DNA from: Takakia lepidozioides
Lineage: Eukaryota; Plantae; Bryophyta
Assembly: GCA_030704615.1 (NCBI GenBank)
Contig: CM060733.1
Span: 13,950,001 to 14,014,000 of the forward strand
Reading direction: 5' to 3'
Length of the DNA: 64,000 nucleotides
Positions 50,081 to 64,000 of this stretch are shown piece after piece. The notes under the pieces were generated by a model, which saw nothing but the letters and a program-made list of their open reading frames with translations, had not been told where the DNA came from and did no database searches. A program made the position numbers and the translations under genes. Position 1 is the first letter of the stretch; the number at the start of each line of letters is the position of its first letter.

Positions 50081-51339
50081 AAAACATAATAGTTTTGAAA
50101 ACAATTAACTTACATCTTCATAAGTCTCATCACCTATCTAATGTGAATCTTCTCAAAAACAATTGTTTAACATATTTTAGTGTAAGATAAACCATTCTAG
50201 ATTCCTCAAAAATGGGGTGATCCTAATGTGAGTCCTTTTTTATAGTGGCATTGAAAATTGACCATGAACAAAGTACATAATCATTAGATTATGGACTATG
50301 ACATTTTACTAAGGACATTTTAAAAAGTCCTTAATTTTCAATATACTTAGTATTTTGAAATGAAACTTGAAAGAGTGGGTGAAGCCTCTAGTGCATATTA
50401 TCCTTTAGAGTCCTTTATTCAAATATTGAAGAATGTGAATATATACCATTAGTCTATGTATAGGAAAAATTGTGTTATGACAGCCAAAAATGGACACTAT
50501 AGGCTGCAACGACCCTGAAAGAACCTTTTTGCACATCACATGAATACATAGTCTCCACTGTGCCAAGTCCTCTGTTCCCCTTCATTAATTTCGCCACTTT
50601 GTGTTCCTTCTCTTCAGGCTGAAGCTTGCGCTTCTTCTTTCCCTTCTCCCCTTATCATTTTGTTGATTGATCATAGTCAACAAATGTACATCTGATTGAT
50701 TCAAAATATTATAGTGTCATGGTTTTGTTTGTGATTAGTTAGATTTTTTTTTTTAAATTGAAATTATTGAGAGGAAAAAAATTAAAACCCCGTTGTCGGA
50801 AATAGTTATTTCTAACTAATTAGGACATTATACATTTATATTTGTATTTTGTTGGCATTGGGACTTCATTTGGTTTCATGTGCCAAGTGAGGTGGCGAAC
50901 CTCATTTGGGACGTGGAGAGGTTATCTCCACGTGAGACGTAGGCAGGCTCGTCTTCTTTTAGTCGAGCCTCCTGAGGCCTCTCTCGCCGCCATAGCTCTA
51001 GTACTTGAGATGGAGAGTGGGTGAGGTCTGTATGGTGGAGTCCTTTAGCATAGGTGTCATTGGCTTGACTTATATAACGTGATAGAGTGGTTTCTCCTCT
51101 TTTCACCATTTCCGTATCATTGTGGCGTGGCTTTCTAGGACTATATGCTAGGACGTGTGGTTGGACAGCGATGTATGTTGTGGCACGATGCTTAGGTGCA
51201 CGACAATAGTTTGTCTTAGTCCTCCTAGACTATGTGTACGTAAGCAGGGCATCCCATGACACGTGGCTTAGTTTGGTTTTTCACAAGAGATTTTTTCGTA
51301 AGGATTCATATCTGAGTTTTGCTCTTATCAGGGAGCGAT

Positions 51340-52670
51340 TTATTAAGTATGGCACAACACAATGTTTTACCCAAAGCCCAAACCTTCTGCATCAGTTGCA
51401 GTTGCTCATTGTCGTTGTCAAAGTGTTTGTGAGTATGGAAATATAGCTTTCAAAAAATAACCTCCTCGTCCTTCTTCATCTTATGGATTCATGTCTATTT
51501 TCTTCATGAAGACGTTTAGCGATGAGCATTTCTGTAGATGGAAGGTCTCTCTAACTGAGTATTGACTACACATAAAACTCATAGCTTTCAGGGGAGAGCA
51601 GTGAATATCATTTCCACAAAAATATCATCAAAAAATTTCTTACCAAATCCCGCAAGTTGATTTAAGAGATCTTTCACTTTCAAAAAAGTTCTCCATTAGA
51701 GTATCTTCTTCCATCTTGAGGTTATGCATGATGAGTAATTTACGAAAATACAAAAAGAGGTTTGGATTTCATGCAGATTTGACAAGATATCCATAATTTC
51801 CTTGGGTTTTTGTAGGTTGTAGATGTAAGAGATAATCTTGTCCGAGACAGACAAAGTTATAATTGTAAAAGGCTAGAGCCCTTATTTTCTGACGATCTTG
51901 CTAACCTTCACCTAACCAAGTGACATTCTCTTCTACAAAGTCAATAAGATCTTCTCTCATAAGAATATTGCTAATCTTGAACTTCCAAACGATGTAGTTT
52001 GACTAACCTATAAGCTTGTTGGCCTTGGTGATGGAATTCTACAAAATGAGACATGATGACGATTTCTGAGAACACATCAGATATAAGACACATGTTGTTT
52101 TGGAGTAGTGCTCCACAAAGACTTTAACAAAAAACAAATGAAGATTTTATGTTGATAACGCACACTTGTTGGAGCAGTGCTATACACTAGAGGTTTTCCT
52201 AGTATCTCTAACAGCATTCTAGCAATGTGATTTTCACATTCCCCCTCTGAGCTCTGATACCATATGAAAATAGTACAAGAGTACTATCTACATGAAAACC
52301 AGCAATATGTACACAAATAGCGTCGCTAAGCCTATTACATGTAAATGGCTATATTAACTAGAAAAGCCAAAAAATATTAAGATAGCATGAACTACTCATA
52401 TATGGTCAATAATTGTGCTCCTACAAAATCAGCGATCATGTGGAGATCAATAAAGCTATCCTAGCAGGATGATGCGCTAGAAGGTCTGATAATGCTAACA
52501 GACTTAGTTGTGGCTAATCTAGCTAGCTTTAAAGTTCATTTAGCTACTATTGCTCAAACGCTCAAACTTATGTGTAGCTACGTTAACTTATCATTATTTA
52601 AATAAGTTAGCTAGTGGCAGCCTGGTGTTCACTGCACATATTAGGTGAAACGTCACATAATATTGAACAT
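51340..52670 (-). mobile_element. Ty1/copia relic (LTR remnant, tRNA-iMet PBS, degenerate gag)
   Basis: PBS TGGTATCAGAGC at 52262-52251 (-). gag-like KLIG*SNYIVWKFKISNILMREDL, IITLSVSD and NLKMEE, and a degenerate CCHC near 51390. The LTR outer end is approximate. Confidence 0.7.
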
Positions 52671-53599
52671 GTGTCATTATCTTCTCTCTCTCCCCTACCC
52701 GATGGTCTATTTGTCACTTGATCTCCTTGCAGTCCTCCCAACATTTAATAGATGCAGTGAAGCATTCAGATAGTATCACCGCTTCAATCTTTTTGCACTT
52801 TTCGACAATTGTGTCCGTTTTGTCTCTAGGATCTGTGATTGCTTGTTGTTTATCCCATTCAACACGTTTGTCCTCGATAAGGGCACCGACCTCTTTATCT
52901 ATCCAATTATGAGTTCTTTGTTTCTTCTCTTTGTGAAGGCTTTTTGTAACATGAAAATCATGTGGAGTATTAGATCATGTCATGTTGTAGGGGATATACA
53001 ACATATGCGAGCTATACTCTAGCGATCCAATAGATAAAAAGATGTAAGGATTTTTAAATTTTGGGGTATCAAAGACAACAATTCCATCAAATTCACAATT
53101 TCAAATATCTTCATAGCTCACAAGCTCATTGAGAACAGAAGACAAGGTCATTATAGAGAGATGGGAAATGTGGGGAATGATATAAGGGGAACATTGAAGT
53201 AAGATAGATAGTAAGAAATTTATTGCCTTAAAATCTAATAATTTAAAGTAAATGCTAACTTAACACGAGCCTTCCCCTGCTACCAGTTAGCAATGAGAAA
53301 TACCAAGAAGTGGCTAAGATCTACCATAAGTTAGCTGCTGACATGGAAAACTAGCTACCATGTAGGACAAGTGGGGACATGTACACTTTGATCTTGTGGT
53401 CATATCAACTGTTGGGTTAAAGTTAGTTGCAATATGTGCAAACATGTCATAAACCTCCGAAATAAGCCGTAAGGATAGCCTACTTATGCCCCCAAACAAA
53501 AACGGAGCAAAACAAGAGATGCCCAATAAATTGAAAATCGGCCCATGAAACCATATATATTAAAAACATGGGAAGAAGGCCTGGAACCAAGGGAAATAG

Positions 53600-53740
53600 C
53601 TAGGAAATCATATTTATTTATTTATAATTTATTTAAATAAATGATTATTAAATAAATTTAATTTAATTATTAAATTAAATAAATGATTATTAAATTAAAT
53701 TAAATTAATTATTAAATTATTAATTTTAATTATTGTTTAA
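53600..53740. repeat. AT-rich low-complexity tract
   Basis: Almost pure TTAA/ATTA/AAAT repeats. Confidence 0.8.
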
Positions 53741-54649
53741 CAAAAAGCAAAATTAGTAGCCAAACAACACCCATGATTTATTTTATTTTATTTTTGGATA
53801 AAATAGTGACGAAGCCTTGGAAATGCATTAAAATTATTTTATAAATGTCAACCCCACTAAATAGAAAGACTGATAAGTGGTATAAAGAAATTCCCCATGG
53901 CAGGCCCTACCCTACTAAACATTCCATAAGGATGTTCCTACATTCGTGCCATCATATATTGTTGTCACTTCTACTTAAGGATTGAGGTGCTTAAGTTGGA
54001 TGTCTTGGGTGCATTTCATTGAGGTGTCCTTCATCTTAAGCTCCACGCATGTGCATCCGGATAGCACTTCGAACGGAGGGAGGTCCATCACATTGCTCTT
54101 TACTTGTCTTTGGATGCCTAGCTTAGGACCCTTCTCACATTGATGCTAACACATTTTTTCACTCTTTCCCTCAACTATTTTGCTTCCACATGGTAGTGAT
54201 GTCACTGGGCTATCGAAAGACTAGAGCCCATCTGACTACATTGTTTGCGTTTGAGACTGGAAAACCTTGCAAAAACATCTTCTGAGACCAAAATTCGGCT
54301 AATGGAGTTTTCCAACTCTTTTAGGTATGCTCTCATATTATTTGTGGACATATACCTAATTTAGTGGCATGTTTGTTTGACACTACACAACTCTTAGCCA
54401 TGTCCAAGCATACATGTGGGATTCGACTAAAACAACAAAAACAAGCATGACACCTCTCGAAAGAAGCGTAAATTATGGTGTCTCTTGACCTACCATGGCG
54501 GTGGTCGATTCAGCCATATTGATTATATAAAAACATTTAAAATGTCACATAAACCCCTTTGATAGTCAAATCAAAAGAAGACAAAAGCTATGGGAACTAA
54601 AAAATGGAACGTGGGAATGATCATAACAAATTTTTAATAAGCTAGTCAT

Positions 54650-55300
54650 TAAATTAATGAAACATTTGGTGATATATGCCACCTACATATCCATTAGTGG
54701 TTAGTATCTTCTAGCAAAGTGTCTTCCAAGAATGAAGTAGTGAAAGAGATAGTACTAAAATGAACATCAAACACTAGTTGAGTGCCTTTAAATGGTTCAA
54801 GGAAATTATTATGAAGAGGCACAAAATATGGGAGAAGACTACAAATAAATGACCAAATCGTGAATTTGTGAGTTTGAACAAAAAGACCTAAATAGTGAAG
54901 TTGGATAGCAAAATGATCGAATGTCATAAGAACATCAATAGGATGACAAATGATGTGAGTGTCATCTAGAATAAATGGAAACATGTACGAAAGAAATGTT
55001 TGTGCACCAAACAATTAAGATGCGTACATGCGGGTAAAAATAAATTGATTATCCTCTAATGGATCTCCATGAACATGTGTTCCTACTCCGAGTGAACGAT
55101 TATATAGACTCAAATTATGGATGATTGTAGAAAAGGAGAGTGTGAGAAGCATAAATTAACAATCCACAAATTTTTCGATGCATTCTTAACATACATTTGG
55201 TTAATTGATCGTTATCGCTGTTGCTCATATAGTATTTGAACACGTTGGACCAAGTGATATCCATGCATCTAAAGGACAACCCAATCTAACTGAAGATAAA
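54650..55300 (-). mobile_element. Degenerate non-LTR RT fragment (CRE/R2-like)
   Basis: FPFILDDTHII...QLHYLGLFVQTHKFTIWS, resembling the ADD-type RT core. Confidence 0.5.
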
Positions 55301-56299
55301 TGAAAGAATGATTATCGTACACTGTGACCGCTTCACAACCTCTTCCAAATTGGTGTGGATCAAGACAAGAACAAAGAAAATACACTCCAAAACTAATTGC
55401 AAATAGTGCGACCCACTAAATGATGCAAAACATCTCTAATAGCTTGAAAGTACTTCTGCCCTAGAAATGAATCGTCAAAAGAATAAACAATTGCGCTTAT
55501 TTTTAGCACTTATTACAATCTCGGAGCGACTGCAGAATAATCTCAAGTCCATAAAGGGTCGCAACCGTCACTGCTACATTGGAACCTGAATTGGAACCTG
55601 AAGAAGCTATGAGGAACATCCGTATAAGCAATAACCTCCCCGGAGCCTCAAATCCGGAGCCACAAACCAACCAAAACGGAAAAAGAAAACTACCGCAAAT
55701 ACCAAAAACCTCCAACGACACCCACACTAGGTCTGCCATATACCACAAAATGTCAATGACACCCACACCAAGCCCGCCCTACACCACAAAGATTACAACA
55801 AAAAAACTTGACAAGAGAGAAGACGTTGCGTACCGTCACAAAAGCGACCGCATATCTCTCTAGACGTTACAAACACTTGCTCCTTTAAATGTTTGTTGCT
55901 TGTTAGCTTTCTAGACGTTTCTGCAGACTTTCTTGTTGTCTTCTCCCTCGCTGCACGGATCACATCCCCACGTTCCGCATAACGATGAGTATGTCGTTAG
56001 GTCACATTGTCAATTTTTTATGGATGCGTGGTCTGCTTTCTACAGTACTCATCGTCGCCCTCTGTGCCTTCATGATAAGTAGTTGGGAGGCTAATTGGTC
56101 TAGTTTTGGTTTTTTGACTTCTATGTCAGTTGTGACAACATTTATTCATGGATGCACTTGCCCACATGGACAATGATTTTTTGCCCTTCCTGCAATATTT
56201 TCATTCTACTGAGGATCGTTTGCCTAAATATATAAGGCGTGAGTATGTTTGTCACCACTTGAACAGCTGAAAGTTGCTCAAGGCTTGGAACATGTATTA

Positions 56300-57200
56300 A
56301 ATATCATAGTAGAATGCGTGCTTCAACATCCGATCTTTTCTAGTATGCTCACTGATGCATCTTCTGATCGGCCATATTCTTATCTTGTGTTGGGCATGGT
56401 GTGGGTGCGCGGCTTGTAGTACGACCAACCATATATGTTGTTTCATTTATCTTTTATCATTTGTGTCATTGTTCTTCAATATATTAGATTTGGCCTACCA
56501 CATCCCGATGTTCAATGTGCAACATCTTCTTTACTGCTCTTGGAGTGGTAAGTGCATTATGACTCATGATGTTATGCGGGATGTAGTAGCTGCTAGGTTC
56601 AATGCAAGATTCCATATTTTAGAAAATTGCAATTGCTGTGACACAAAAATGTAGACACTGTAGTCTGCTTTCACCCAGCAAACACATGTTTTGTCATCCG
56701 TTCATCACCATTCCACTAGATGATGCATCAACATTATCTTTTTGAATCTTATGATGGTTTGCATACATTGGCTGATATCGTCGTCGTTCATCCAACCAGT
56801 CAAATCTATTTTCATTTGTAGCGTCGTCACACGAAATGCAAACTATTTTGGTAGATACACATTGGGGCAAAGATCAAGGTTAATATGATCATTCCATGCA
56901 TATATTCATCTTGCTAGCATTGAGGTTTTAAGATGTCTGCATCGTCGGTTCGATGACATTCTTCGTGCATATGCTCATCATATAGCTGAAAGCAAAGACG
57001 TTGGAATACAATATTTTTGTTCATGTAGCTTTCTTTGTGCAATGTGTTTCCATTGCTTTACAAATGGCACAAACTATGTCTATTTTGTGCTGGGCAGAGG
57101 TGGCAGGGACAGCTTTATCTTGCCTCCTGATTTGTTTTAATCTTTTTTATTTTTAATGTCGTCGGATTTACTTCAGACACTAGGGGATGCTACATCAGGG
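56300..57200 (+). mobile_element. Degenerate non-LTR 3' fragment with CCHC and a restriction-like endonuclease (CRE/R2-like)
   Basis: HLLYC..G.CIMTHDVMRD, DGLHTLADIVVVHPT, ASIEVLRCLH-like segment. Confidence 0.5.
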
Positions 57201-60200
57201 TTTTTTTTTTTGTATTTATTTTTATTTTTAAATGATTGGTCAGATTATATTAACTTACCAAATGCACCTGCAGATAAGGAGCAGCTTACTGGCAAGACAA
57301 GTTGAGGTGCCAACTGTCTATGGAATCCCATTTGTTGTGCCTTGGGCATGCGGCTATAGCCTAGATTGCATGGCCAAATTCTACTATGTGGAATACCAGC
57401 ATATTACAAATAATCACTGTCAAACCATATCTCTCAAGGTGAACTTAAAGCATACAATTTGCCTGGGTCTTACAGAAACTACCAAAGTCTATTGTAATGT
57501 GTATAGAAAGTGCAAAAGAAAATACTTCAATTGATTGACAAGAGCTGTAGGGGCTGATATAATCAATTGGCAATGCATATGAATCTGCAAGTCACTTCAC
57601 TCTGCTAAAAACGCACGAATCAATTCGATCCTTAAGTACCTTGCTAACGCCTAACGTTGTACACAGTCTCATTCCCATGCAACCATGTTGTTTCAAGGTC
57701 AGACAATTTGGTAGGGGAAGATAGCATGTAGGGTCCAAATTCGAATTTTGGTAGAACTCGATCTGAAGATAATGTTAAGTTTAGGACTCTGAACCTACGG
57801 AGGGTCTTTCTTCCACGCTTTTGGTTTTTTTATGAGATTGTTGCGTCGTGAGTCACGCATGAGTTGTGTATGGCCATTTGTGTGCTGCAAAGAGCCGTTG
57901 ATCAAAGGTATGAATATGGAATCAAAACACTACCTTGGTTCAATTGGATGTAGCGTCCCAGGTTCACGACCAATTGTTTCATTCCGATATGCAAAAATGC
58001 AAAAAAAAATTTCAACCCTAAAAAAGATTACAATTTCGAAAATTTGACCAAAACAATTGTCAAACGGTGGCATTTCGCCAAAAAAAAACTAGGATGCATG
58101 TGGAGCTCATAGGTGAATAGATAATGCTGTCATTTTTTTTATAAAAAAAATTATAGAATTATGGTAATTTTTCGAGGCTGGGGTATTATTTTTTGGCAAA
58201 AGTCAAACATAGGCACCTTGTGTTTAAGGGTTAACTTTTGTGCAATCACCTCATTTGGGTCTTTTATAAAACTTTATAGGTATTATACTTGGAGGGTTGT
58301 AAAGATAGTTTCAAGATAATCAAATATGAGTCACCCAAAAAAAAAAAAAAAGGTAGTGCTTATTTCTAACCCAATGGAATATAGAATGTCATATGCATAT
58401 ATTATTACAATTGCCACTATTATAAGCCACACGTGATAGAGGCCGGAACTAAATTTGAATATGTTGATTCTCTTACCAAGCTTTTATTAGGAATTCCCTA
58501 GTTGGAGTTTTTCTTTTTCATTTTTTTGTCCGGGTACATTGGAGAAAGTAACTAAGCAAGACATTGTTTCTTTTCCTTGACAAATACTAGCAGGCAAGGC
58601 TTTGAACATTGTATCTGTACATAATTTTTTTGTGAAAATAATCATAGCCCTTCGACAATGAGGGAGGTTGTTGCGTCCGCACACTCACTGTCATTACGGC
58701 CGATGTGCCTAGAGGAATTGACACATACAACCTTAACTCTTTCCATACTCTTTTCAAAAATATCTTCAAAATGCTTTAAAGAAACCATCTAACCAAAGAG
58801 AGAGATGACTCAAGATGTACCAAGTGTAACTAAAGAGCCACTTCACCCCATCTCACCATGTTAGATCACTCAAGACCATCATCACCGACAAATGAAAGCT
58901 AAAAAACAACCAACCTATGGAATAGCATCGCCCTTTTTTTAGCCCACTTTCAAGGGGTAGTAACCGCAAGGTGAAGTAGCTCTTAGTTACATCAACACTG
59001 GCTCGTATTCTCTCTCTCTCTCTCCTCTCTCTATGTGTCCCCAAAAAATGTGGACATGCACATTGGTCAAGCAAACATACTTATAGTGTCACTTGACCCC
59101 CAATCACTACTTACTTCCCATGAAGTGGACACAATTTAATAAATATTTTTATATAATTCAATATTGTAATTAATTTCTGCTAAGAGTTTTAGTAACCCTC
59201 TTTTTGGTCCCTGGGTAAACAAGTACGTAGTATGTGATACAGTGCGGTGGGTCGACACAATACCCCGGCTAATGAATGAAATCATTAAATAAAAGTATAA
59301 ATGGGGCGGCAGAAAGCGGTGCCTGGATGACGGGGCCACATACGGTGTGTGCGTCCACTGGATGGATGACGTCGTCTGCTTGCTCGTTCATCCACGCGTG
59401 AGTAGCGCGCGGCACGGCCCGCGGCCCCATGCCCTGCACCTGGACCCTCCAGGTTAGTCAGTAGATTACCGCCCCAGTCATCCATCTAATCATGAGCATT
59501 CGTTGGATGGATGACTATCCTGGCTCCTAATTACGGATGAAAAGCACCTTGATCGAGTCAGGTGTAAATTCCGCCCCGCTAAATTCTGTGTTTAATAATA
59601 GAAAAACAGTTCATTTGGTCAATAATGCGATTGTGCCGCCACGGAATTTGAAACAACTTTGTAACGGATTATAATCACTCTCCGACAGAAAACGTTGGAT
59701 GAGAATGGTGAGTTCAAACTGTTAGTTACTAGGCTCGCTTTTCACTAAACTTGTAACTAATCAGCTACGAGACTCCGAGAGAGTGAAGAGAAAGTAGGTG
59801 ACGACTTACTAAACCGAACGGTTAGAGCTAAACCAGGAGTCGCTAAACCCGGCGTAGGGTCCATTAGGGGTCCACAAAGCGATCGGTCAAAGCGAGGAAC
59901 ATCTTCCTCGGGATTTGTTCCCGGATCGCAGTGCGCTGCATTCATTGTTACTTTTTCACCATGGGGCTGGTTAGTAGGTTACTAGTCACTAAATCGCGCT
60001 GTGGTGAGGGCGGACGAGGTGGTTTAGTGAGATTATTAGGCTAAGTTAGTTACTAACGGGATTTTCTGACCTCGAGCTTTCCACTCTCTTCGTCTCGCAG
60101 TGTCTGGGCGTCAGGAAGGGTACGGTGTCTGCGCGTAGCAATCTGCATCGGATTGTTATTGTTTTTTTTTCTGCTTTTAGGATTCTCTAATAGGTCTGTC

Positions 60201-61993
60201 TGGCTCTTTGGCTTCCTGTTTCTCGGTGTCGATTGTTCGAGTCTTGCTGCGTAGTATGTAGGTGCGGAGTACAACGCATTTGTCTTCGTTAGCATTTCTG
60301 AGGCCTGTTCTTGAATCGCTTGTTTCAGGGGTGGTACAAGGCTCTGTATTGTCTGTAGGTCCTTTTCCTGTTCCCTGTGGATTAGTAGCGGTTGTCATTT
60401 GCATAGGGAAAGATTCTTCCCATTGTTTGCAAGTTGGTCCATATCTGATTGCCAGCGAGGGGCGGCGTGAATACATTGTTGAGGAGGGCAGGTGACTGGG
60501 ATTTTTTGGTGCTTCTTCTGTTTTGGAGGCGAGTCGAGTCTTGATTCGTGGAGGATTCCTTGACGTAGATAGATAACTGATTTCTTTGAGGCAGCAACAC
60601 GTCATTCTCGACAGAGTGCTCTCAGGTACGATAACTTATCTCTTCTGTGTTCGGTTGCGCTCTCGAGGCCAACTGCAACTGCAGATACGTTATGCTCGAT
60701 CTCTAGAGACTGTCTCGAAACGTCGCCAGCTAACACCAAATAAGGTGATAGCTCCGCGTGAGGCTGAAACTCGTGTCCGATAGTGATTGGCATGTACTAC
60801 ATTTGCTGTCAGCTATGTGGAAAGGAGTTACGTCAAGGTGGCCTCTAAGAGTCATGTTCCGTGGCAGAGCGTACGTTAGTCACATCTTACCCTGCTGCCC
60901 TTAGGCCCATGGAGCTTGCACTATGTGAGTGCTAGTGCTAGGTGATTATCAGAGTAGCGAAGCAGCAAATGGTGGGGAATAAGGATGTGGTCGTGGGATA
61001 ACTGCATTGTGTAGCTCTCTTAGTAAAAGAGATATGCTGCATGTTCCGGCGAAATGCATTTGCCTAGGAAGGGAGGGCCGGAATCTGTGAAGGGGACTCT
61101 TTATTACATAGCGATCGTAATCAGTGGGCTTGTTGTGATAGGTAGATATCCTGTTGTTGTCAACCACGGTGACTGCAGATAAAGTTTCTCGGCACTTCGC
61201 AAGAGTAGGTTGCTGCTTGTCTGTCTCACAGGTGCTCTGGTTGTGGTAAACAAAGTCACATTGAAGGCCATGTGTGGCTGACTACAGTGGTGGGAGATGA
61301 CATTCAGGACAGATAGTATTGGGAGCTACGTGTTGAGCGTTTTCAGTCCTGTTTCGAAGTCAGATTGTATTACTCGTGGATGTGTCTTTCTATCCTGGGA
61401 AAATCTCTCAGGTGGCACTGTGTCCTCATGGTGAGCGTTCAGACTGATTTTGCAGTGTGAACTGCTCAAGAGATGTTGGGATAGGTGTACCGTAGGCCAC
61501 CAACTTCCCATATGGAGTTGCTGCATGGTATTCAATCTTTCTTTTTTGACATGAGTAACTTGTGTATGTGCAGACCCCTGGAATCTGAAAGGAAAACACC
61601 TGTTGATCGACTGGCCTGTGTTCCTTGGAGCAGTAGCACATTCCAGATTTGCCACATGGGCAGGTATTGACATGTTTCTGGTGCAGTGTGCAACAGCATG
61701 GTCAGTCCTTTCTTCTTGAGGACTGAGCACCAGACATTTGTTGGAAAGGGGCCTTGAAGTTATGTATGCTACAAAACAAATGGCATTTTCAGCATTCCAC
61801 ATGATTCAGTCTGGAGAGATTCATTGCATCAACAATGATTAGATTCAGTGTTGCAGAGTGCACTTGTATATCGTGGAGCAGGAACAGTGTTTCTGGTGTC
61901 ACAGGAGTTTACTACACAAAGGTGCTTTCTAGGTGTAAGAGGTTGTCCAAAATCTTTGGTTACCGCTTTGCCTACAAGATTACTGTTTTTGCA

Positions 61994-63892
61994 ATGGTGC
62001 GAGAATCAAGAATAGATCTTCGACCTGAACAGGGAACGCTTCATAAGGCTTTTCCGAATAATGTTTCATGGAAAGGGAGAGTGGAGGTTCAAACAGAATC
62101 TCAAAAACTGACCAGGACCAGCCATGATATTGTCTCTTGGAAAGGAAGTGTGAATCTCCAGTCAGAACTTGCTACCCTGCACCAAGATACCATCTCTTTG
62201 AAAGGCAGCGCAGAGATTCGGCCTGAATCGACGAACTTGCTAATTTGTCAAGATATTGAAAGTTGGAGAGGAAGAACAGAGCCCCGGGCGGAACTTCTGA
62301 CCTTTTGCACCGGTTGTAAAGATACCAGGAGAGTGGAGGTTAGGACCGAGGCTACCCTTCACACAGCATGTAAGGACACTGTGGTCTGGAAAGGGAGGGC
62401 TGAGGTCAGGCCTGAAGGTGTGAACCTGCCCACAGCTTGTCAGGACACCACTTGTGCAGAGACATTTGCTGATGTCAGCACTCCTGAAGTTCATGTCCTT
62501 GCTGTCGATGACAGTGTCATCGATCGCAAAGTCATAGAAAGATTGTTGAAGATCTCATCATTCAAAGGTGAGATGTGTGACTGCTTGTGCCCCTTTTCTT
62601 CTTTTCTGGGTGTTGACTAACTACAGGAGAGCCTCCTTGTACAGCGAGGAGCCCAAGTTAATTTTGTCCTCTGACTGCACCAGTGTAGCCACGAGGCTGT
62701 CTAGCTTTAGGGACTTCTGCAGAACTCTAATTGGCAAGCATTCTACAGAGTCGCAACTCCACACATGTTAATGAATTTAGGCAACTGTTTTCTAGCCCTA
62801 GTTGCAACCTATATGTCGAGTCACTTGCCTAACGGATATGCTAATGAAAAATTTGAAATGAAACCATGTTGCTTAATTGCATCAATCAGGAGTTCGACTC
62901 ATCCCTGGTATCATGACAGGTTCCCCTATCCTCTTGTGCACTTTCCAAAACTTGGGATTAGAATCCACCCTTCTTTGTTGCATGCCACACCTAAAGTAGT
63001 GACATCTGATTTGTATGTGGCCCCTGTATCCCTATGGACCATCACCTGGTTTATGTGAAGAGCATTTTACCTTCTGGAAGATTTTGTTTGAGACTAGAGG
63101 GATGACTTTTGACATGTGCACATTTGGCTTGCAGTCACCACAGTTGACAGTGCACCAAGAGCTTTAGAGTTTCTGGGTCTTCATGAGGGACGGTCACCTT
63201 CCATCAGTGTAAATGTGAGATACTATTCTTCACCCCTCGCCCATTGGCTCTTTTCGCTACTGTTTGGCGCAGGAGAGATTCTGACAAATGATTCTTCAAG
63301 GATCCACAATGCCCTGAGAAGTGGGCAGCAGGGGCTTTTGGGTCTTTAGTTTATGACATTGTTATGTCTATAGTGGATGATACATGTCCGTTCCATGTAG
63401 CCAGTAGCAGGTTAGCTGCTTACGAGAGTTCTCTTCCTAGGCATGTTTGTTGCATGCATAAAGGGCCCAATTTCTGAAGTTAGGATAAGAGGAGAGCCTA
63501 GAGAGAAGATGTATATTGTCCAAAATAATAGATTTAATTCTTGATATAATTTCTAGCATTGGAGATGGGGAATTTTGCAAATGTATTCGACCGCAATGCC
63601 TTGACAATTTGTACTCTCTACAAAGGGTGCTAGGGTCTTAGTGGGATTGAATATGTCTGCAAGCTCACTAAATTGGCCAAACAGATGGGAGCTTGAGAGA
63701 CAAAGGGAGGCAGATGCTGATTATAAGCTTTTAGACATCGTACTGATACTTCTCAATATTCTGGAGTCCAACCTACCTTCGTATTTCTGATACAAATGCT
63801 GGTCGTTTATGCAGGTATTTGGTGTCAATTTGATTGTGACAGATTATTGCATGCCAGGAATGACAGGTTACGATCTTCTCAAGAGAGTAAAG
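61994..63892 (+). CDS. Type-A (cytokinin) response regulator, 3'-partial, with a repeat-built N-terminal extension
   Basis: Exons 61994-62567 ([20 protein letters not shown]), 63135-63214 ([16 protein letters not shown]) and 63815-63892 ([23 protein letters not shown], with the phospho-acceptor Asp intact). Confidence 0.92.
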
Positions 63893-64000
63893 GTACTGCT
63901 CTTATCTCTGTGGTTGCCTTTCGCACATGAATGGAAGTATTACTTGGAGCCATGCAGTTGTTCTGTGTGGTAGTTCCTCTAGAGATCAGCAAGTGGTGCA

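Noticed and set aside
58215-58235. piggyBac-like end (AAGGG|TTAA)
   Set aside because: No matching TTAA|CCCT left end was found nearby.

Overview
Intron-rich nuclear DNA of a seed-free land plant. It is probably a bryophyte: it carries a sperm-axoneme gene, PLS-DYW PPR genes and a Tcn1-like chromovirus. Genes, left to right: MS2/FAR2-type fatty acyl reductase (-), an LRR receptor-like kinase with a degenerate kinase core (+), PLS-PPR gene 1 (-), a CFAP210-like flagellar coiled-coil gene (+), PLS-PPR gene 2 (-), a nest of transposons including a two-LTR, decayed Ty3/gypsy chromovirus, a Tpt1/KptA tRNA 2'-phosphotransferase (+), PLS-E-DYW PPR gene 3 (-), an orphan first exon of an organellar ssDNA-binding OSB gene (-), TE relics, and a type-A response regulator (+, runs off the window). 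Best candidate for a new system: all three PPR ORFs begin right after a shared 3' splice site (TGCAG|G-ATG-GCA), and each is preceded by pieces of an OSB ssDNA-binding gene. OSB exon 1 splices in frame onto the intact PPR-DYW, and PDF-motif exons precede the other two, which suggests OSB/PDF-PPR(-DYW) chimeras. Other notable items: a Tpt1 with an in-frame second, degenerate NAD+/ART lobe and RGG repeats; a chromovirus with a Tf1-like self-priming PBS and an extra ORF; and a type-A RR with about 7 unexplained N-terminal repeats. All exon structures were inferred by eye and need RNA support.
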